Of a stretch of DNA of 64,000 bases, positions 41,801-49,497 are shown piece by piece. The first letter of the stretch is position 1; each line of letters starts with the position of its first letter. The stretch is taken from the sequence record SRR20825015_191, one strand, 5' to 3'. Below the pieces are notes generated by a model. The model was not told the DNA's origin, did not search any database, and saw nothing but the letters and a program-made list of their open reading frames with translations. The translations under genes and the position numbers were made by a program.

Positions 41801-43027
41801 GCTGAACTCGGCAGAGCGAAAGAGGCTTTGGAACTGCAATTGGCCCGGGTGGTAGCCGAGAAAGGCAAGGCGCAGCAGAATTTGGAAGCAACCCGGGCGG
41901 TCTTGGCCGAACACGAGCAACGCGCAAAGATGTTGATTGCGCAGAGTGGCAGCGATGATGCCGAGAAGCAGGCATTGCAGGATAAAGTGACCACTCTGAA
42001 TGCGAAACTCGCCGCCCTGCAAACCTCGCAGGTCCGTCTGATGGAAATCGAGCGTCAGGCCGCGGCCCAGGACGCAGAATTGGCGACCTTGCAGCGCAAG
42101 TTGTCCGATGGCGATGAACTGCTCGCGCAGCAAAATACGACCATCGCTGAGCTCACCGGAGTGAATGAGAATTTGAGCAAGGATAAGGAGGCTTTGCAGA
42201 TGCAGTTGGCCCGTGTTTCCGATCAGAGCGGCACGGCTCAAAGTGAAATCGCGACATTGCGCAAACAGCTGGGAGAGCAAAGCGACCTCGCACGCCGACT
42301 CGGCGAGCAGGCGGATGCTGATGGATTACTCAAACAATCTTTGGAAAATCGAGCGGCGGATCTGGCCAACGAATTGAAGCAAGTGCAGGCCAAGCTCGCC
42401 GTCGCGCAGCAACAGGCGAATGCGAATTCGGTGGATGCCACGCGCGAGTCTGAAGAAAACGCCGCGTTGCAGCAGCAGCTCGCGGTAGTGCAGGCTCGAT
42501 TGAGTGCCTTGCAGGAGGAGAACGCGCGATTGGCTGGAGTGGAGCAAGCTCTCGAAGCGACCGAGCAGCAGGTGGCAAGCCTGACTGCCACGAGTGCGGC
42601 GTTGAACAATGCCCAGCGGGAATTGGCGGAATTGCGATCAGCGAACACCGAACTCAACAATACGATGCGTGCTCTGGAACGTGATCGGTCGAACCGGATC
42701 GCAACCCTGCAACAGGATAACGCGGCTTTGTCTTCACGTTTGCAACAGGCGCAGGGCACCCTCGATCAGATCGCATCGGCGGCCCGATTGATCAATCCGA
42801 CTTCCATGAACAATGCGTCCCAGACATCCTCGGGAGGCACTCAGGTTAGCTCGCGTCCCGCTTCAGCTGAGCGCGAACACATTGTCGTTCAGGGCGATTC
42901 TCTTTCCCGGATCAGCCTGCGCTATTACGGCACAAGCACCCGATGGCAGGAAATCTACGAGGCCAACCGCGACGTTTTGAGTCGCGAGAATGTGCTTCGA
43001 CCAGGACAGCGCTTGAAACTGCCTTAG
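38894..43027 (+). CDS. Secreted Sel1-repeat / long coiled-coil / LysM protein
   Basis: Signal peptide; about 6 SEL1 repeats (AQ.NLG.MY..G.GV..D); long heptad-rich region; C-terminal HIVVQGDSLSRIS..YG...W..IY.AN...PGQ.L. Confidence 0.88.
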   Translation: MRFIVACAIVVCWIAESAAQAPISEIQARASAGDVEALNEMGNRLANGQGIARDDAEAIRYYTEAAKRSYAPANFNLGMMHEIGRGVSADLRQAFGFYLQAAQQGFSPAQFNVGNMYASGQGVEQDYFEAILWFRQAAENGVVEAQYNLGLAYEAGRGVGRDDAQAQRWYRMAADQGYPRAAYNLALMVEEGRGSPVNEVEAVKLYRGAAEKGFGPAQNNYGIMLAEGKGGLKVDLVEAYLWFCLAVDNGVDPLGRDMVIAHLSPAQLADANARLARIRGEDPAPIASRPSGANTTTEAVDNDDRALRVKIDALAAENARLQAAYNKLQMVRDDLSAQLRENSELNSKLMAQTELLTQQLEVKAGETTDVRIQQLTETNRRLNREVRQSTMQLSKLNRLLRIAETKLRAQPNEGDETVDSDELVTLREELQELRDTNAQLSAENNRLSQSGISAEDLAQWQKQVAVAEKAAQDAIRRTEVLEEAVNTAEQATQQALAARDELQAKLTSMASNDSKGAQEISEINGVLRKTRSDLVSARRETEEIRVQLQATQSELKILARDSKAQLEKATADAENAAKLARELETSNQQLQSQVDTLTTRLGASSKTGASNAAELASAEQKAAEADAFARSLETSNRRLLVQLNELKESKASLIEQLEASSESAQKYRREAEQLRSDNASLAAYESALRSTQNQVQVLQSEITTLNQRLRAKQSTQGEIDQIRDQLTTEVASLREALAAKEKEHANLFSAATRQGEAHEALRARYDQVTAQLQQAQAQMTELSAKNQRLVANSSRSPALTSEDQKRYEAEIDEAARVLAEKEAAVSNLTDQVASLQQDLETSRKSVAAALAAQAKAAGALPNAQAMLLEMQTLQSQVEQLEEQLAQSRASSAAEVAQLADQLSLVTKTNQSLTSANRAFLEMKSSEIGAVQKELSGVREEQAKLTQKLADADKVISRQSESVAELTGANAELGRAKEALELQLARVVAEKGKAQQNLEATRAVLAEHEQRAKMLIAQSGSDDAEKQALQDKVTTLNAKLAALQTSQVRLMEIERQAAAQDAELATLQRKLSDGDELLAQQNTTIAELTGVNENLSKDKEALQMQLARVSDQSGTAQSEIATLRKQLGEQSDLARRLGEQADADGLLKQSLENRAADLANELKQVQAKLAVAQQQANANSVDATRESEENAALQQQLAVVQARLSALQEENARLAGVEQALEATEQQVASLTATSAALNNAQRELAELRSANTELNNTMRALERDRSNRIATLQQDNAALSSRLQQAQGTLDQIASAARLINPTSMNNASQTSSGGTQVSSRPASAEREHIVVQGDSLSRISLRYYGTSTRWQEIYEANRDVLSRENVLRPGQRLKLP

Positions 43028-43054
43028 GAGCGGTGAAGGAAGTCCACGTTACCC

Positions 43055-43134
43055 GGTGCGCGGGCAGGTTCCCTGCGCCTGCCGTTGGGACGGAATCGCG
43101 CGGTCTGCCGGACACAGGGACGTGCCCAGCCACC
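43055..43134. repeat. Degenerate inverted REP-like pair between convergent genes
   Basis: GGTGCGCGGGCAGGTTCCCTGCGCCTG vs reverse complement GGTGGCTGGGCACGTCCCTGTGTCCG. Confidence 0.5.
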
Positions 43135-43157
43135 TTTATTCACAGCTTCAAGACGGT

Positions 43158-44438
43158 TTACTGATGTCGGTCGCGGAATGCTTTCAAGTCCACGATCTGA
43201 CCTTGCAGGCGTGATTCTTCGGCGGCGAAGCCCATCGCATGGCTCTCCACCGAACGTTGGATGGACGAGCGCATGTCAGCCGGGTTGGGCTTTTGCCATT
43301 CGCCGTCCAACGCATCAATGAGACCGAAATCACCGCCCCCGTGGCCCACATAAGCGCCTTCCTCGGCTCCGACGTCGTGATATTCGGATTCACCGCTGCG
43401 ATGATTGGTGACGGCGATGTCGTGTCCTGCGAGACGTTTGACCGCGGTGCCTGCGAGGAGAACGCCTTCCGTCCCACGAATTTCCAGACTGCGGCCACTG
43501 TCAAAGGCAGTCATGGTCAGCGTAGCATTGATGTTGTTGGTAAAACTCAGATTCACAGTTTGGCGATCAACTGCGGTGTTGTCACATCGGTAAACGCACC
43601 GCCCCCAAGGGGAAGTGCGAAGCCACTCTTTGATCTCTTCGTCGGGCGCATCGATCCCACCGTCAAACACCCACTGGAGCCAGCGTCGCTCATCAGTAAG
43701 ATAGCGTTGGGCGTCATAAATACAGGTCTCGGCGACCGGACAGCCTTCGATACAGCGCTCCGGGGCTCCCGCCGGTGCGTTGGCGGCGGTGAAATATGAG
43801 AGCGATCCAAAGCTGGAAACCTGCTCGCATTGGGCATCGACGAGCCAGGAAATGATATCCAGATCATGGCAGCACTTCGCGATAATCATGGGCGAACTTT
43901 TCTCCACGACACTCCAGTGGCCACGCACATAGGAGTGGGCCTGATGAAAGAGACCGACCCCTTCGGTAGCGTTCAGCGTGCAGATTTGACCGATGACTCC
44001 GGAATCCAGCAGGGCTTTTACTTTGGTGAAAAACGGAGTGTATCGCAGCACGTGGCAGACGAGCACACGGCGGCCGAGTTTTTGAGCTTCCTGATTCAGT
44101 TTGGCGACTTCGGGGAAATTGGTCGCGATGGGTTTTTCCAAAAGGATATCGTAGCCCAGCCGCATCGCGTCGATACAGGGCTGCACGTGATAGGAATCCT
44201 GCGTGCCGATGATCATGATATCAGCCAGTTTTCCGGCGGCGAGTAGCTCGCGATCATTGGCAAATGTCTGCAGTCCCTGATCGGGAACCAGAGATTGGAT
44301 CAACCGGAGTTTTTCAGGATTGGGATCCGCAGCCGCCACGACTTGATAACGATCCGGCATATGTTTGGCGACTTCCGTGTAAGCACGAGCGCGACCGCCG
44401 CAACCGATGATGGCAAAGGAGAGGGGAGAAGAGGGCAT
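43158..44438 (-). CDS. Gfo/Idh/MocA family oxidoreductase
   Basis: IIGCGGR, LEKP, CHVLRY, HSYVRGHW, KCCHDLD, GHGGGD. Confidence 0.92.
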   Translation of the reverse strand: MPSSPLSFAIIGCGGRARAYTEVAKHMPDRYQVVAAADPNPEKLRLIQSLVPDQGLQTFANDRELLAAGKLADIMIIGTQDSYHVQPCIDAMRLGYDILLEKPIATNFPEVAKLNQEAQKLGRRVLVCHVLRYTPFFTKVKALLDSGVIGQICTLNATEGVGLFHQAHSYVRGHWSVVEKSSPMIIAKCCHDLDIISWLVDAQCEQVSSFGSLSYFTAANAPAGAPERCIEGCPVAETCIYDAQRYLTDERRWLQWVFDGGIDAPDEEIKEWLRTSPWGRCVYRCDNTAVDRQTVNLSFTNNINATLTMTAFDSGRSLEIRGTEGVLLAGTAVKRLAGHDIAVTNHRSGESEYHDVGAEEGAYVGHGGGDFGLIDALDGEWQKPNPADMRSSIQRSVESHAMGFAAEESRLQGQIVDLKAFRDRHQ

Positions 44439-44453
44439 CGCTGCCTAGAGTGC

Positions 44454-44484
44454 AAAAAAAAGCCGCACTGGAAAGTGCGGCTTT
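44454..44484 (-). terminator. Intrinsic terminator closing the small two-gene unit
   Basis: AAAGCCGCACT-TTCC-AGTGCGGC followed by T8 on the minus strand. Confidence 0.85.
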
Positions 44485-44508
44485 GGATTTAATCGAAAAG
44501 ATTCCGGT

Positions 44509-44796
44509 TTAGGCGCTGCGACGTGCGTCCGTCTCCCAAGCCCGAAAATAGTAGTCGTGGATCTGGGTTTCGAGCTCTCGGCGGGACAGGGTGCTTTGAA
44601 GGCCAGTGGGGTTACCATTGGCCAACACGTAGGACCAGCGCACTGGGGCACCTTGGCCAGCGGGGAGTTGCACGATGTATCCGGCCGGGACGGGAGATTC
44701 GTCCACGCACACCTCGAGTTGGAGGTGGGAATCGGACCACACCGGTGCTGTGCTTCCGGGGAAACGGAAGCGCAGACTACGATGCAGTGAGCTCAT
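44509..44796 (-). CDS. Hypothetical protein, 95 aa
   Basis: MSSLHRSLRFRFPG...; its ATG overlaps the upstream TGA (ATGA); followed by a terminator. Confidence 0.7.
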   Translation of the reverse strand: MSSLHRSLRFRFPGSTAPVWSDSHLQLEVCVDESPVPAGYIVQLPAGQGAPVRWSYVLANGNPTGLQSTLSRRELETQIHDYYFRAWETDARRSA

Positions 44797-45050
44797 GCGG
44801 CGGCGGCTTTCCGTTCGTTGGCATTCGCCGCCTTGGCGGCTTCGCTCGCTAGATGCGTGAAGAACGAATCGCGTCGTTCCCGGGCCACTTCGAGATCCTT
44901 GGTGCCAAGCGAGCGACGGATGCGCTCCTTGGTGTAAGGAGTCGGGTGGATCGTGTAGTGAAGGAACCACGTTCCGTGGTTGTTCCACAGGTGGTGATTA
45001 GGGTTGTCCGCACGAACGCGGATTCCGGGGAGGTTATTGATGGTTGTCAT
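44793..45050 (-). CDS. Small protein, 85 aa, resembling an integrase N-terminal (arm-type) DNA-binding domain
   Basis: NPNHHLWNNHGTWFLHYTIH...ERIRRSLGTKDLEVARERRD; three-strand plus helix pattern with RRSLGT.D...A motif. Confidence 0.7.
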   Translation of the reverse strand: MTTINNLPGIRVRADNPNHHLWNNHGTWFLHYTIHPTPYTKERIRRSLGTKDLEVARERRDSFFTHLASEAAKAANANERKAAAA

Positions 45051-45099
45051 GATGCGTGATGGTCTGTGGTTGCAGGTTCGCGCATCAGGGATCGAAAAC

Positions 45100-45130
45100 A
45101 AAAAACCGACCTGAAATGCATCAGATCGGT
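45100..45130 (-). terminator. Leader (riboswitch expression platform) terminator
   Basis: ACCGATCTGA-TGCATT-TCAGGTCGGT followed by a T-run, about 50 nt upstream of the ATG at 45050. Confidence 0.85.
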
Positions 45131-45139
45131 ATCGTCTTC

Positions 45140-45270
45140 GGGAGCGTTACTGGTTCGTCCCTCAGGAGAGAAACGCACATCCGAATCCCCACAGGCGGGA
45201 CTCGATCCACCGTGGCCGCTCCCGGCCCGGTTGGCGGAATCGGTTCTGAGGCCGACTCGTTCCTGATGCA
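45140..45270 (-). promoter_or_regulatory. SAM-I/IV-like riboswitch aptamer
   Basis: P1 UGCAUC/GAUGUG; P2 GAGUCGG/CCGAUUC; P3 core CCAACC...GGUGG; P4 GAGUCCC/GGGAUUC; P5 CGUUUCUC/GAGGGACG; L3 GGGAGC pairs with 3' tail GCUCCC (PK-2). Confidence 0.75.
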
Positions 45271-45440
45271 GGCCATAAACTGGAGTATATGACGTAGTTT
45301 AGTCCAGTTATTTTTGTCTTAAATTGTAATTAATCTGACCTGTATCATTTAACAATAGGGTAAGATGCTCAATGACAATAAGAAAGGGGATTGTCGGAGT
45401 GGAATTAATCGCTCAATTGCCATTGAACTGAACCCATTCT

Positions 45441-47330
45441 CTAGTTTGCAGGGGTGACTTTGATTCGAATTGAGGCTTCCAGCACGGGTTCACGCAGACG
45501 CCAGCTGAGGCGAGTAGGCGTGGAACTCTCTTGGATTACGCAATGGGTAAAGTCGAATTCACCCTGATCCGAGCTTACTTCGACGACGATGGCCTCACCA
45601 TTTGCTGAGATTTTCAGACGTCCGTCATCGAGTTGTTCCCAATTCGCGTAGGTGATCAGGGCTGTTTCGTAGGTATCGGCGGTGGCGAATTTGACGGAAT
45701 CATAGACCTCCACGGAGCCATCCCCGGAACGATCATAGGCAAAGGCCCGGATCAGATTCTCAAGATGGCGCACTTTATAGGCGCGATCCATCTCAAGGAT
45801 GACTTGATCCCGATTCTCGGTAAACGTGGTGTCCACTAGGACCGTGTAAGCATCACGACCATAACCCGTGCGGTGGTAGCTCTTGTCGGGAAATTGCAGT
45901 TCGCCGGCGACGACCGGCACGGGATGTCCGAAGGAATTGAGCAAATCGCCTTCGTAGCGGTGAACGCTAAACGTGCGTTTATCGTATACCTCTGCGCCCG
46001 GATCGGTGAGGAGTTCTTCTTTGCCGCTGAGCACCGTGAAAGTGCCGAGATCGTTGTGATTGTGATTCGCACCATTGTGGCCACCTTTGAAGGTCGCCGC
46101 GAGGCGCGAGGTCGATTGATCGCCGGGCCGGCAGATCAGGAACTGCACGTCTTCAAACCAGTCACGGATTTCGTGACTTTCATCGACGGCATAAGCCTGA
46201 TTCGGATCGATCTGGTGAAAGAGGAGCAGGTGAATGATCGGGGAAAATTGAAAGTGTATCGGATCAAATGCGTCGGCCGGCACGGCCGTCTTACGGGTTT
46301 CCCGATCCGGATCGATCCGGTTGTTTAGCCAGTTTTTTAGCCACTCGGGAGGGATTACATCGCGTTTGCAGTCGGCGAATGTAGGGAACGCCTGGTGCTG
46401 GATTTCCATCCGGTGACCGAAGTGGGAGGCTTTTTCCACGCGGGGCTTTTGCATCCAGTCGATTTTGCCCCCGGTGGCCCCGCGCACCAATTCGGCTCCG
46501 AGAATGTAGTGACTGTAGCCGTATCCCCAGTAGCCAACTCCTTCGATATAAAAGCCGCTGTGCTCAAAACTGTCTTCAGAATGCTTGAGCAGTTTCTCGA
46601 CGACGGCGATATACCACGCTCTTTCGCGGGGATCTTCCTTCAATCGCAGGGCGCAGCTCAGGATTTGTGACAAGCAGACGCTGTTCCAGTTGTGATTGAC
46701 GATGAACCACCAATACCCATCGCGGCCGGTCTTCACTCGTTCCTCGAATGGTTTAAAAATCCTTGTTTCGATCTCATTACGGATGAGCTGACAGGTTTCC
46801 GGATTTAGCCTATTCTCCAATAAGTGGAGGATGCTCGTGAGATTGCCTGCATAGTGGGTGGATATCAGATCGACAAAGTAGGCCTCACGATCATAGAGCT
46901 TTCGTCCCAATTCATGGAGAGGAAAGGTCCAAGAATTTAAGGCGCACAGCTGATGGATATCTTCCTCAATGCGTGGGAGGTATTTACCATCGGGTTCGAG
47001 GCATTCGGCGATGGGTAACAAAACCTGCCGGGGAGCGAGAGGCACCCGCAGTTTATCGAAGCGACTCCGATCCTGCGTCTCGATGACATAGAGACAATCT
47101 TCGTTGGTGAAGCAATTAAGAGGCTCCAGCTCATTGGCTTTCCGCGCTTCATCCAGCAACTTTTGGCCGATTTTACTATCGCGAATAGTTTCCCAAGCCT
47201 TCCGATCCGTGCCGGGCTTGCCCAGATGAAAGGTGCCGCCGATCAGAGTCATCAGTTCTTCGACTCGTTTCGGATCGGGGGCGAAATTGTGGTCGCCGGG
47301 TAGATTGAGGTTTTGGTCGCCGTGTCCCAT
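45441..47330 (-). CDS. Heparinase II/III family protein
   Basis: HNWNSVC, EGVGYWGYG, FADC, KGGHN..HNHNDLG, DPG..Y, SFGHPVP; no obvious signal peptide. Confidence 0.85.
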   Translation of the reverse strand: MGHGDQNLNLPGDHNFAPDPKRVEELMTLIGGTFHLGKPGTDRKAWETIRDSKIGQKLLDEARKANELEPLNCFTNEDCLYVIETQDRSRFDKLRVPLAPRQVLLPIAECLEPDGKYLPRIEEDIHQLCALNSWTFPLHELGRKLYDREAYFVDLISTHYAGNLTSILHLLENRLNPETCQLIRNEIETRIFKPFEERVKTGRDGYWWFIVNHNWNSVCLSQILSCALRLKEDPRERAWYIAVVEKLLKHSEDSFEHSGFYIEGVGYWGYGYSHYILGAELVRGATGGKIDWMQKPRVEKASHFGHRMEIQHQAFPTFADCKRDVIPPEWLKNWLNNRIDPDRETRKTAVPADAFDPIHFQFSPIIHLLLFHQIDPNQAYAVDESHEIRDWFEDVQFLICRPGDQSTSRLAATFKGGHNGANHNHNDLGTFTVLSGKEELLTDPGAEVYDKRTFSVHRYEGDLLNSFGHPVPVVAGELQFPDKSYHRTGYGRDAYTVLVDTTFTENRDQVILEMDRAYKVRHLENLIRAFAYDRSGDGSVEVYDSVKFATADTYETALITYANWEQLDDGRLKISANGEAIVVEVSSDQGEFDFTHCVIQESSTPTRLSWRLREPVLEASIRIKVTPAN

Positions 47331-47374
47331 GGTGTTTTGGTGGTGAAGTTATTAAGTGAGGTGTAGGGGAGAGT

Positions 47375-47674
47375 TTACGCGACTTGTTGGGTGGGTTGCA
47401 CGCGAGCGAGTTCCTTACTGTGGGTGCGCTCGACCTCTCTTAAATCATAAGCAATTTGGAGGTTGAGCCAGTTGCGAGGATCGATCTTGAAAAAACGACC
47501 TAATCGGGCCGCAGTATCCGCCGTGATTGAGCGTTGTCCGGACAATAGTTGACTTAATCGGCTTTGAGGAATCCCGGTAGCTTTGGCGGCGGCGAGCTGA
47601 GTGATCTCAAGTGGCTCGAAAAATTCCTCGCGCAAGATGATGCCGGGATGGATGAGAGATGGTGTTTTAGTCAT
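47375..47674 (-). CDS. higA: HigA family antitoxin (HTH)
   Basis: HPG.IL.EEF..PL, R.ITADTA.RL...F....WLNLQ..YDL. Confidence 0.93.
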   Translation of the reverse strand: MTKTPSLIHPGIILREEFFEPLEITQLAAAKATGIPQSRLSQLLSGQRSITADTAARLGRFFKIDPRNWLNLQIAYDLREVERTHSKELARVQPTQQVA

Positions 47675-47684
47675 GAGGGTTTTC

Positions 47685-47966
47685 TTAATGATAGTCGGTG
47701 ATTTCTACCTGCTCAGCGTCGGTGCCGTTCCAGACAAAACAGATTCGCCATTGATCGTTAATCCGAATGCTGTGCTGTCCGCTGCGATTGCCGTGCAAAG
47801 GTTCAAGACGGTTTCCGGGAGAGAGTCGGAGAAACGAAAGCTCCACTGCCGCATCAACCAATTGTAGTTTAATAAGCGCCCGTCTTTGGATATCGGGTGG
47901 AAACGAACGCGAACGATTACCCTGCCAGAGTTTCTCGGTTTCCGGATTGGCGAAACTCTTGATCAC
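47685..47966 (-). CDS. higB: HigB family toxin (RelE/ParE superfamily)
   Basis: [36 protein letters not shown]; toxin-first order. Confidence 0.93.
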   Translation of the reverse strand: MIKSFANPETEKLWQGNRSRSFPPDIQRRALIKLQLVDAAVELSFLRLSPGNRLEPLHGNRSGQHSIRINDQWRICFVWNGTDAEQVEITDYH

Positions 47967-47990
47967 GTAGGCAAGGTTTCCTCGTTTCTG

Positions 47991-48026
47991 TTATTCGTCA
48001 AACGAATAATATACGTTTGACGAATA
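47991..48026. promoter_or_regulatory. Double operator-like inverted repeat upstream of higBA
   Basis: TATTCGTCAAACG-N9-CGTTTGACGAATA; the first half is itself palindromic (TTATTCGT-CAA-ACGAATAA) and contains TTGACG on the minus strand. Confidence 0.65.
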
Positions 48027-48091
48027 TATTTCTGGGATTTTCTGAAAAGCTGGCTGGCCGACTTTGCTCCTTATCGTCAAGTTATGACTTC

Positions 48092-48451
48092 ATGTTTGAT
48101 ATCACTGGCACAGTTAAGAAAATTTTCGACGAACAGACCTTCGGGAGTGGATTCAACAAGCGTGAATTCGTCATCACCGTTCCTGATGGCCGTTTTCCAC
48201 AGGACATCAAGTTCGAGACGGTGAAGGACAAGGTTGGCCTCGTCGCTGATCTCAAGGAAGGGGACGAGATCAAAGTATCCTTCGATATTCGCGGTCGCGA
48301 ATGGAAGGAGAACTACTACGTCAATCTGAATGCCTGGAAGATTGAATCGGTTGGTGGGGCATCGCCTGCCCCGGAGGATGACGGTCCTCCTTTGACCGAG
48401 CCCGAACCCGGTGCGGGTAATATGGATTTGGACGAAGAACCGCCGTTCTAA
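48092..48451 (+). CDS. DUF3127 family protein (OB-fold/SSB-like with acidic tail)
   Basis: F.KREFV..., [11 protein letters not shown]...YY..L.AWKI, tail DLDEEPPF. Confidence 0.85.
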   Translation: MFDITGTVKKIFDEQTFGSGFNKREFVITVPDGRFPQDIKFETVKDKVGLVADLKEGDEIKVSFDIRGREWKENYYVNLNAWKIESVGGASPAPEDDGPPLTEPEPGAGNMDLDEEPPF

Positions 48452-48472
48452 ACCGAGGCCTTTCAATCGCAT

Positions 48473-48511
48473 AAAAAAACCGCCATCGGGATAATCCCGT
48501 GGCGGTTTTTT
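48473..48511. terminator. Bidirectional intrinsic terminator
   Basis: AAAAAAACCGCCA...TGGCGGTTTTTT between convergent genes. Confidence 0.85.
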
Positions 48512-48527
48512 GTGAAGGTGTAGTCGC

Positions 48528-49451
48528 TTAGGCCAAACTCACGCCCTTGGCCTCGGCGGCCCGGAGGAGGGCGTCGGCCATATCGGATGGGGTTTCGGCG
48601 ACTTCGATGCCGCATTCTTTGAAGACGGCGATCTTGGCCTCGGCGGTATCTTCAGCTCCACCGACGATTGCCCCGGCGTGGCCCATGCGGCGGCCCGGAG
48701 GAGCGGTCGCACCAGCGATGAATCCGGCGACGGGTTTGGTGCAGTTGTCCTTGATCCAGCGCGCGGCTTCGACTTCGGCATTACCACCGATTTCACCGAT
48801 GAGGATGATCCCCTTGGTGTCGGGATCTTCGTTGAAGAGTTTGATTACATCGAGGTGGTCGGTGCCGTTGACGGGATCGCCACCGATACCGACGGAAGTC
48901 GATTGGCCGAGTCCTTTCGAAGTGATTTGGTAAACGGCTTCGTAGGTGAGGGTGCCGGAGCGCGAGACAACGCCCACGTGACCCTTTTTGTGAATGTAGC
49001 CGGGGGCGATCCCGATGCGGCAGCCGCCATGGGAGTCTTCGCCTTCACCGGGGGTGACGAGTCCGGGACAGTTGGGCCCGATCAAACGGGTCTTGGCTCC
49101 CCGCATGGCGCGTTTCACGCGAACCATATCTTTAATCGGAATGCCTTCGGTGATGCAGACGGCGAGGTCGAGACCGGCATCGACGCATTCGAGAATGGCG
49201 TCACCCGCGAATGGCGGCGGCACGAAAATGGCCGAGACAGTCGCGCCGGTCGCCTTGGCGGCTTCGGCAACGGTGTTGAACACCGGCACGGAAACCCCGG
49301 CGTGTTCAAAGGTTTGGCCGCCCTTACCGGGGGTCACCCCGGCGACAACTTGCGTGCCGTAATCGATGGAGAGCTGGGCGTGCTTACCACCAAAGGCGCC
49401 GGTGATGCCTTGGATGAGAATCTTGGTATCGGAAGAGATGAGAATGGACAT
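48528..49451 (-). CDS. sucD: Succinyl-CoA ligase alpha subunit
   Basis: [35 protein letters not shown]. Confidence 0.98.
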   Translation of the reverse strand: MSILISSDTKILIQGITGAFGGKHAQLSIDYGTQVVAGVTPGKGGQTFEHAGVSVPVFNTVAEAAKATGATVSAIFVPPPFAGDAILECVDAGLDLAVCITEGIPIKDMVRVKRAMRGAKTRLIGPNCPGLVTPGEGEDSHGGCRIGIAPGYIHKKGHVGVVSRSGTLTYEAVYQITSKGLGQSTSVGIGGDPVNGTDHLDVIKLFNEDPDTKGIILIGEIGGNAEVEAARWIKDNCTKPVAGFIAGATAPPGRRMGHAGAIVGGAEDTAEAKIAVFKECGIEVAETPSDMADALLRAAEAKGVSLA

Positions 49452-49497
49452 GGGGAGTTTCGATTTTGGATTGCGGATTTTTGATTGGGTCCGCGGA

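Noticed and set aside
44797-44988. N-terminal extension of the 159-aa ORF
   Set aside because: It overlaps the 85-aa gene out of frame; the ATGA-coupled start at 44796 is more plausible.
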